Shown here in pieces: positions 57,992 to 64,000 of a DNA stretch of 64,000 bases (the stretch's first letter is position 1; each line of letters begins with the position of its first letter). The notes under the pieces were generated by a model. It did no database searches and was not told the DNA's origin. It worked only from the letters and a program-made list of their open reading frames with translations. The stretch covers positions 1-64,000 of the forward strand of contig JAHLWS010000038.1 of NCBI GenBank assembly GCA_019057795.1. The letters run 5' to 3'. The stretch is from Promethearchaeota archaeon (GTDB lineage Archaea > Asgardarchaeota > Lokiarchaeia > Sigyniarchaeales > SOKP01). The translations under genes were made by a program, and so were the position numbers.

Positions 57992-59095
57992 ATGAGTATA
58001 AGAAAAAATATTAAGTTAGTAGACCCAAATATGGCAAAAGTCTTCATTCCATGGGTATTAAGACATCCTTCTTATTTAATTACAACAAGAAAATTAATTA
58101 AATCCTTCAAAAATACAGTTGAATTATGTAAAAAAGCTAAAGAAGAAGGTTTAAAAGTTCCACCCTTTCTAATTCTGAGTATTACGAAACAATGTAATTT
58201 ACATTGTGCAGGATGTTATGCTGCTACCGCTGGAACCTTGAGCATCAAAACTGAAAAGCAATTAAATACCGATGCTTGGAGAAAGATTATAAAGGAAGGA
58301 AATGAATTAGGAGTATTTTGCTATGTAATTGCTGGTGGAGAACCATTCATGTTTCCAAACCTACTCGATTTATGTAGCGAGTTCAAGGATAGAGGTTTTA
58401 TAATTTTTACAAATGGAACGGCAATCAAAGAAACTGATTATGAGAAATTGAAAAAATTAAAAAACATCGCGATCATCGTTAGCATTGAAGGAGGTAAAGA
58501 GGAGACTGATAGTAGAAGAGGAGCGGGGGTTTATGAAAAGGTATTAAAAACTATTCATAGACTTAACAAAATTGGCACAATAAATGGTATATCAGTGACA
58601 ATCAATGGAATGAATTATAAACAATGGATGGAACCTTCTATGATTGACTTTCTTATTAAAAAAGGTGTAAGAATAGGATTCTTCTTAGAGTATATTCCCA
58701 CCAAGCATGATATTACAGAATCTTTAATGTTGACAGAAGAAGAAAGAACAGCATTCCGAAACCAAATATTAAATTATAGAGCGAATAAAAAAATTTATTT
58801 AATTCATTCACCCGGAGATGAAGAATATATGGGCGGATGTGTTTCAGCGGGAAGAGGTTTCGCCCATGTTACTCCATCTGGAGCTTTAACACCTTGCCCA
58901 GTTTCTAGTATGACTACGCATAATTTAACTAAATCATCATTACGTGAAGGATTAGCTAGTGATTTTTTTAAATATATAAGGGAAAATGAACATTTATTGG
59001 AAACTGAAGGCTCTCCTTGTGCACTTTTTAGCCATCAGGAAGAATTGGCCTTAATTGCTTCTAAATTTAAAGTAAGTAAGGTAAGTACATTATAG
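57992..59095 (+). CDS. radical SAM protein with SPASM/twitch-like domain
   Basis: CNLHCAGC, AGGEP, GCVSAG..TPCP. Confidence 0.9.
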   Translation: MSIRKNIKLVDPNMAKVFIPWVLRHPSYLITTRKLIKSFKNTVELCKKAKEEGLKVPPFLILSITKQCNLHCAGCYAATAGTLSIKTEKQLNTDAWRKIIKEGNELGVFCYVIAGGEPFMFPNLLDLCSEFKDRGFIIFTNGTAIKETDYEKLKKLKNIAIIVSIEGGKEETDSRRGAGVYEKVLKTIHRLNKIGTINGISVTINGMNYKQWMEPSMIDFLIKKGVRIGFFLEYIPTKHDITESLMLTEEERTAFRNQILNYRANKKIYLIHSPGDEEYMGGCVSAGRGFAHVTPSGALTPCPVSSMTTHNLTKSSLREGLASDFFKYIRENEHLLETEGSPCALFSHQEELALIASKFKVSKVSTL

Positions 59096-59141
59096 TTTTT
59101 TATATAATACTACTTTTTTTAAATAAAATGGTTTTGTAATC

Positions 59142-60107
59142 ATGGTTAATAATTTTAATTTTTCTGTACTTGATGGCCATATCGATACAATTAAAAAAAG
59201 CTCAAGAGACAAACTTGACTTTTCAATCCGTTCTGAAATTGGTCATTATGATTTACCTCGTATGGAAGAAGGAAATGTACAAGCTGCAATTTTTGCAATC
59301 TATCCCGCTTCGTCGATAAACCGCATTCTTAAAGGTCTTGACTTATGGTTTAAATTTGTCTTTAATCCAATTAATAAATTAATGCAAATAAAAAGAATAG
59401 ATGATTTCACAAAAATGCAAACATTGGGTAAAAGGGGAGCGATCCTACACTTTGAGGGTGCTGGAGGGATTGATAAAACTTTTCGCCTTTTAAGGATTGC
59501 ATATCGTCTTGGGTTGCGAACAATGGGTTTAAGCTGGTCAAATTTTAATAAATTTGCTACGGGAGTGATGTTTAACGACCCTCAAAAAGAATCTGGTCTA
59601 ACTAAAGAAGGAATAAAATTAGTTGCTGAAGCACAGGCTCTTGGTATCGCCATAGATGTTTCTCATTTAAACGAACCTTCTTTTTGGGATGTTTATGAAA
59701 TCACTGAAAAACCGATTTTTGCCTCACATTCAAATGCTCGTGCTATTGTTAATCATCCAAGGAATTTAACTGATGAGCAAATAAAAGCAATTCATGAAAA
59801 GCATGGAACCATAGGGATTAATTTTGCAATGGGTTTTCTAAATGCTAAAGAACCAGGTATGTATAATTATAACCTAAATTTTGATTCAATTAAAAAACAT
59901 ATTGACCATCTCGTTGAAATTGCTAGTATCGATATAGTAGCTATAGGTTCAGATTTTGATGGTGCAGCTACACCAACTTGTGTTAAAGATTGCTCTAGGT
60001 TTCCCAGATTATGGGATTATCTTCTTGAAAATGGGTATAGTGAACATGATATTGAAAAGATCTCACATACAAATTTATTACAAGTTTTTAAAAAAACATG
60101 GAAATAG
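59142..60107 (+). CDS. membrane dipeptidase (M19)
   Basis: DGHID, DVSH, ASHSN, GSDFDG. Confidence 0.93.
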   Translation: MVNNFNFSVLDGHIDTIKKSSRDKLDFSIRSEIGHYDLPRMEEGNVQAAIFAIYPASSINRILKGLDLWFKFVFNPINKLMQIKRIDDFTKMQTLGKRGAILHFEGAGGIDKTFRLLRIAYRLGLRTMGLSWSNFNKFATGVMFNDPQKESGLTKEGIKLVAEAQALGIAIDVSHLNEPSFWDVYEITEKPIFASHSNARAIVNHPRNLTDEQIKAIHEKHGTIGINFAMGFLNAKEPGMYNYNLNFDSIKKHIDHLVEIASIDIVAIGSDFDGAATPTCVKDCSRFPRLWDYLLENGYSEHDIEKISHTNLLQVFKKTWK

Positions 60108-60153
60108 GTTTTTTTTTATTAAAGAAAAAAAAAAGATTTGTTTATTTTTGAAT

Positions 60154-60480
60154 TTATTCTGGTGGCTTGAGCCCTAGAATATCCATTGCTTCGACAATTG
60201 AAGACATAACTTCGACCTGATATTTATAGCCCTCAATACCATTTGCGATAAAAAGTAGGGTTTTATTTAGTTGGGCAATAAATGCATTAAGTTTCCCTTC
60301 TTTAATTTCAGACGCGCTTACTACTTTGTATCCTTCTTTGGTTGCAGCGACAGCATTATTTAGGAGGTCTTTAGAAAGAGACCTATCTCCTGGAAATTTT
60401 TTCGAAGCTTCAATGAACAGTTTCCCTGCCTCAGAGGCTTTAGCATGGGGGATCCATACTGTAGTCATAACTATTACCAT
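60154..60480 (-). CDS. hypothetical protein
   Basis: Clean ORF with GGTGA RBS and an upstream TATA-like tract. Confidence 0.7.
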   Translation of the reverse strand: MVIVMTTVWIPHAKASEAGKLFIEASKKFPGDRSLSKDLLNNAVAATKEGYKVVSASEIKEGKLNAFIAQLNKTLLFIANGIEGYKYQVEVMSSIVEAMDILGLKPPE

Positions 60481-60574
60481 CTATATCACCTTAAATAAAT
60501 AATATTTTATTAAATTCGCATCATTTTTTGACAAAAACGACAATTTTATTATATTAATCATATATATAAAAATA

Positions 60575-60592
60575 TTACTGAGATTTCAGTAA
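60575..60592. promoter_or_regulatory. palindrome TTACTGA-N4-TCAGTAA, candidate operator
   Basis: Perfect 7-bp inverted repeat beside the TATA-like tract upstream of the 60480 gene. Confidence 0.4.
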
Positions 60593-60754
60593 AATTTTAG
60601 AAAAAATGATGAAACATTGTTAGTCTCTGTATCTCAATACAAAGTCGCTCCATATTTTTTAAGAGTTTAGAGCAAAGGGTGGCATTTTTGATACAGAAAT
60701 ATAAAAACAAACCAGAATTCGAATAGTTATTTTTAATTAATCTCAAATGGGACC

Positions 60755-62020
60755 TTTGCTGGTGATGCATCTAAATTTAAAGTCCGAAAATTGAATTCAA
60801 TTTAGTCTTTTTATTGAATTTTATAGCTTGATTTTTTCATTTTACTCTTATAATCTTTATGATATAGACGTTGATGTTTGATAGGCATCTTCTCAAACTC
60901 TTCTGTTGCTTTATCTGGAGGAAACACTTCAAGATTACCCTCTTCTCTTTGAATGACGCATCCAGAATTAACCAATATTTTGTATCGTTGAGCTGTTTCT
61001 TTTGGATTGCCGGCACAAACAAGTTGGCAATTTGCACAAGTGAGTTGAATATTACTCTTTCCACCATAAGATGCAGGTTGATATCCGCTTGAGCAATCTT
61101 TAATGGGAGGTCTTTTCCTTTGACTTGACATTGCGAGAGACATAAGGCGTGCTACTTCTTTATCGTTTTCGGGGTAATCATACCGTCCAGGAGACCACGT
61201 TGAAAACTTACCTGACGGATGTAATCCATTAGATCCGCCACATGTAAGAAAACAGCGCATTTTATTCATCCTCTTGGAGTAACTAAATGTATTACCCCCT
61301 ATTGTTACAGTAGTTTCTTCTGTAGGTGAGAACATTTGATAAGCACAGACTTTTGTGCAGATTTTACACTCATCACAAAATGATTCTGAATCAGGTAAAG
61401 GGTCTGTTGGTTCAAGTTTGGCATCAGTAATGATTCCTCCTAGAATAATGGCAGTTCCATGCTCCTTTGTGCCAACATTCCCTGACCAACCAAACGATGC
61501 CACTCCAGTTCGAACGGCCAGATATCTTAACGAAAGCTCGGGGGGTAAGGTAACTTGCCATCCCGGGATATCCGTTCGATAGTGGTTATTCGGAATAACG
61601 GATATTGCTTTATAGCCCTGCTCAATCAACCAATGTTTAACGCGTTGAGCCGCTCTCCAAATTATATAATGAATTTCTAAATTTTCTTCTTCGTGAATTC
61701 CACGTATGGACGGATCTTCTTTTCCTAAATATTTTAAAATCATCTCTTTATCAAAGGGCAAGTAAAAACTTATCGCTGACTGAGCTTCGGGAAGTAAATA
61801 AGTGATATCGGCCCCTGTTGGTCCACCTGTCATTGTTTCTTTAGTAGCAAATCCGACTTTTTTTGCTCCACCCTCGAATAACATATCTTTAATATTTTGT
61901 TCTAACATAATAAATTACCACCTATATATGTTTCATCAATACTTAATTTAAAATTATTCAAGTTTAGTGATTAGAAATTTCAGAATAATCCAAGGTATTA
62001 TTTTTTTGCTGGTGATGCAT
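60755..62020. repeat. 16-bp direct repeat pair flanking the QueG-like gene
   Basis: TTTGCTGGTGATGCAT at 60755-70 and 62005-20. Confidence 0.8.
60811..61908 (-). CDS. epoxyqueuosine reductase / reductive dehalogenase-like Fe-S protein
   Basis: SLRYLAVRTGVASFGWSG, CDECKICTKVC, TCANCQLVC. Confidence 0.75.
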   Translation of the reverse strand: MLEQNIKDMLFEGGAKKVGFATKETMTGGPTGADITYLLPEAQSAISFYLPFDKEMILKYLGKEDPSIRGIHEEENLEIHYIIWRAAQRVKHWLIEQGYKAISVIPNNHYRTDIPGWQVTLPPELSLRYLAVRTGVASFGWSGNVGTKEHGTAIILGGIITDAKLEPTDPLPDSESFCDECKICTKVCAYQMFSPTEETTVTIGGNTFSYSKRMNKMRCFLTCGGSNGLHPSGKFSTWSPGRYDYPENDKEVARLMSLAMSSQRKRPPIKDCSSGYQPASYGGKSNIQLTCANCQLVCAGNPKETAQRYKILVNSGCVIQREEGNLEVFPPDKATEEFEKMPIKHQRLYHKDYKSKMKKSSYKIQ

Positions 62021-62888
62021 AACAATAATCACAATTATGTTTGCACCGAAAAATACCTGTATATCCACCGATATCTTTAGATTTAAAACACCCGCAACCT
62101 TTTCTTTGTCCTGTATCTTTTACTTTTGAAATTTTTTCCCCTATGATTTGTTCGATTTTATTAGCGTCAACGCAGTGAGCTTGTTCTATGCCATTAATTT
62201 CAAGTAACCCCGGTTGGCAACAAGCTCTCATCTGCATTTCATGTTTATTGCAAATTTTCAATAATTTATTGAGAATTTCTTTCTTTTTACTAAAAGGGGG
62301 ATCAAGTGGGATAAATCCTCTTGCTTTCATTCGATTGTTTACTTTTGTATAAATTGTAGCGAAGGAAAATATCATTTCTTTCAACCCAAGAGCAGAAACT
62401 TTTTCTATTATATATTCAAATTTGTCTAGGTTACTTTTTATTCTATTTTCATCCTTCTTTTTGTAAATGATTATAGGATCAAATCTAAAACTTACAGAAG
62501 TCAAACCAAATTCATCGATTATCCATTTTAATTGGTCAAATCTCTCTTCTAAGGAGATACCCAGATTTTGCTCTAATTCAGAAGGTGAATTAATCGTAAA
62601 CTGAAAGTAATGTCCCCTATAAGATTTAAAAACTTGAGTGTTTCTTTCATAGTTTTTGATCCATCCTTCAAAATTTTTACTCCACCACACCCAACATCTT
62701 ACATCCTTGGGTTTCAACGAAACTCGAGACATTTGTTTTCGATTAAATGGATTAACCACATCCACATAACCGATCTGGATTCTATCGATTACCCAATCCA
62801 TTAAAAAAGCGGGAATATCTGTTCTACGAGAACAAGAAATTATTGGAGATTTAACAATTTTCATTAAATCATTTGAATTTTTAACCAT
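61998..62888 (-). CDS. DUF1848 family protein
   Basis: IISCSRRTDIPAF, WSKN, RFDPI, C-terminal CKHNCDYCYA. Confidence 0.9.
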   Translation of the reverse strand: MVKNSNDLMKIVKSPIISCSRRTDIPAFLMDWVIDRIQIGYVDVVNPFNRKQMSRVSLKPKDVRCWVWWSKNFEGWIKNYERNTQVFKSYRGHYFQFTINSPSELEQNLGISLEERFDQLKWIIDEFGLTSVSFRFDPIIIYKKKDENRIKSNLDKFEYIIEKVSALGLKEMIFSFATIYTKVNNRMKARGFIPLDPPFSKKKEILNKLLKICNKHEMQMRACCQPGLLEINGIEQAHCVDANKIEQIIGEKISKVKDTGQRKGCGCFKSKDIGGYTGIFRCKHNCDYCYASPAKK

Positions 62889-63081
62889 TCTATCCTTAAC
62901 TTCTCTGAAATTATATTAATACTCCAACCAGATAGGACAAAGTTCCTATTTGCATTATTACAAAAATAAGTTTTCTTAACTTTAAGGTATTTTCTTTTGA
63001 TTGATTTTTTAATAATGAAACTGATAGAAAAACATATGAAATTACGGGTATTAGAATAAGTAATTTTTGATAAATTAGGCG

Positions 63082-64000
63082 CTATTTCCCCGATAAATAT
63101 AAAATCATTGCTGAAACAAATAAATCATTTTTCTCGTTCATAGATAATTGCTCATCTATGCTTTGCAAACCATCAAGTGAAACTTTGAACTTTCTGAAGA
63201 GTAATTCATCAAAGATCATTATATGAGGATTTGAAAATACCGCGCCGTTTTTTGTTTCTTTTCGTAGCAGTTTTCTAAATTCAGGATCTAGCCAGATTCT
63301 AAAAGGACCAGGGCTATGTTCTGCTTTATGTTTTATGTTGAATTTATTTTTAAGATTAATAATAACATCAAAGACAGTTTCGCATATTAGTTTCAAATTT
63401 TTTTCTTTTTCTTTGTAGAAATACTGAATCGGGACTGGTAAGCGCATATGTAATAGTAATCCTTGACCCTTCCGAAAGTTTATGTGACCGTATCCAAAAA
63501 TTACTTTATGGAACCCGTGCTTTATAAATAGTTCATTTATAGTCTCAATAATATCTGGTAAGTTTTTTGGTTCGCTTAAGATATCTTCAAACCCTGGAAA
63601 TGCGATATAATCGGTAGATTTGTCTTCAGTTTGGATTATTAAAGCAAAGGAAGAACGTTCTTGGAGATAATCTTGAAATTCTTCTTCGGTTAATATTTTC
63701 CAAGAACAATCAGCCTGCCGTTTCATTACATCAATAAATTTATCAACACTATTCTTTGATCCTTCAATAAGGGCCGCCCATTTCACCTTTTTATTCTTTT
63801 TGCTTTCTCCCCCAAGTTCGCTAAACTTTCCAGGAAGTTTTTCATCTGAAATTACAAATTCACTAACTAAGGGAAAAATCTTAGAATCTAAAACTGATTG
63901 CAAACCCTTAAACGCTAAATTTAAATTATATCCATATATAATAGCTTGTTTTAAATTAGTTTCAGGACGATATAATCGAAATACAGCGCTCAATATTACG
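63082..64000 (-). CDS. FAD-linked oxidase C-terminal region (partial, runs off the window)
   Basis: FGYGH..LHM..AEH pattern; the frame is open to the window edge. Confidence 0.6.
   Translation of the reverse strand, partial: VILSAVFRLYRPETNLKQAIIYGYNLNLAFKGLQSVLDSKIFPLVSEFVISDEKLPGKFSELGGESKKNKKVKWAALIEGSKNSVDKFIDVMKRQADCSWKILTEEEFQDYLQERSSFALIIQTEDKSTDYIAFPGFEDILSEPKNLPDIIETINELFIKHGFHKVIFGYGHINFRKGQGLLLHMRLPVPIQYFYKEKEKNLKLICETVFDVIINLKNKFNIKHKAEHSPGPFRIWLDPEFRKLLRKETKNGAVFSNPHIMIFDELLFRKFKVSLDGLQSIDEQLSMNEKNDLFVSAMILYLSGK

Noticed and set aside
60600-60700. C-box-like ATGATGA followed by an imperfect hairpin (TCTGTATC/GATACAGA)
   Set aside because: No D box (CTGA) downstream, the inner stem relies on several G-U pairs, and there is no second copy.
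3207-62804. many 60-170-aa antisense or alternative-frame ORFs in the track (e.g. 17113-17628, 26014-26454, 56683-57060)
   Set aside because: They shadow well-supported genes on the opposite strand and have no motifs.

Overview
AT-rich archaeal chromosomal window, most likely from an Asgard archaeon (Lokiarchaeia-like). This placement is inferred from a longin-like protein, a Roadblock fusion, a stand-alone RING finger, a Bud23-like methylase, an archaeal uS10 and U-tract terminators. Most of the window is metabolic or housekeeping: pepF, a fused guaA, three glutamate dehydrogenases around a NuoE / NuoF-GltD / 2Fe-2S / FMN-glutamate-synthase block, CDF transporters, an Ldh_2 pair, a glycyl-radical enzyme with its activase, AOR and several radical SAM enzymes. 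An SRP RNA lies on the minus strand at about 38138-38441. The main unexplained signal is at 21197-21786 and is absent from the ORF track: two tandem micro-ORFs, each with a Cys followed by an in-frame TGA (one a CxxU motif), each followed by the same three-way-junction RNA fold with compensatory changes. This is a candidate selenopeptide system with a non-canonical recoding element, or a peptide + structured-RNA module. Other highlights: a second ~140-nt structured RNA at 2660-2798; four gene blocks bounded by duplicated gene ends or promoters with no integrase in the window; a candidate Bfu/HydABC-type glutamate synthase/oxidoreductase; an SCP2-fused glycyl radical enzyme; a NOT4-type C4C4 RING; and a Bud23-like methyltransferase. 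All alignments and counts were made by eye; no database searches were run.
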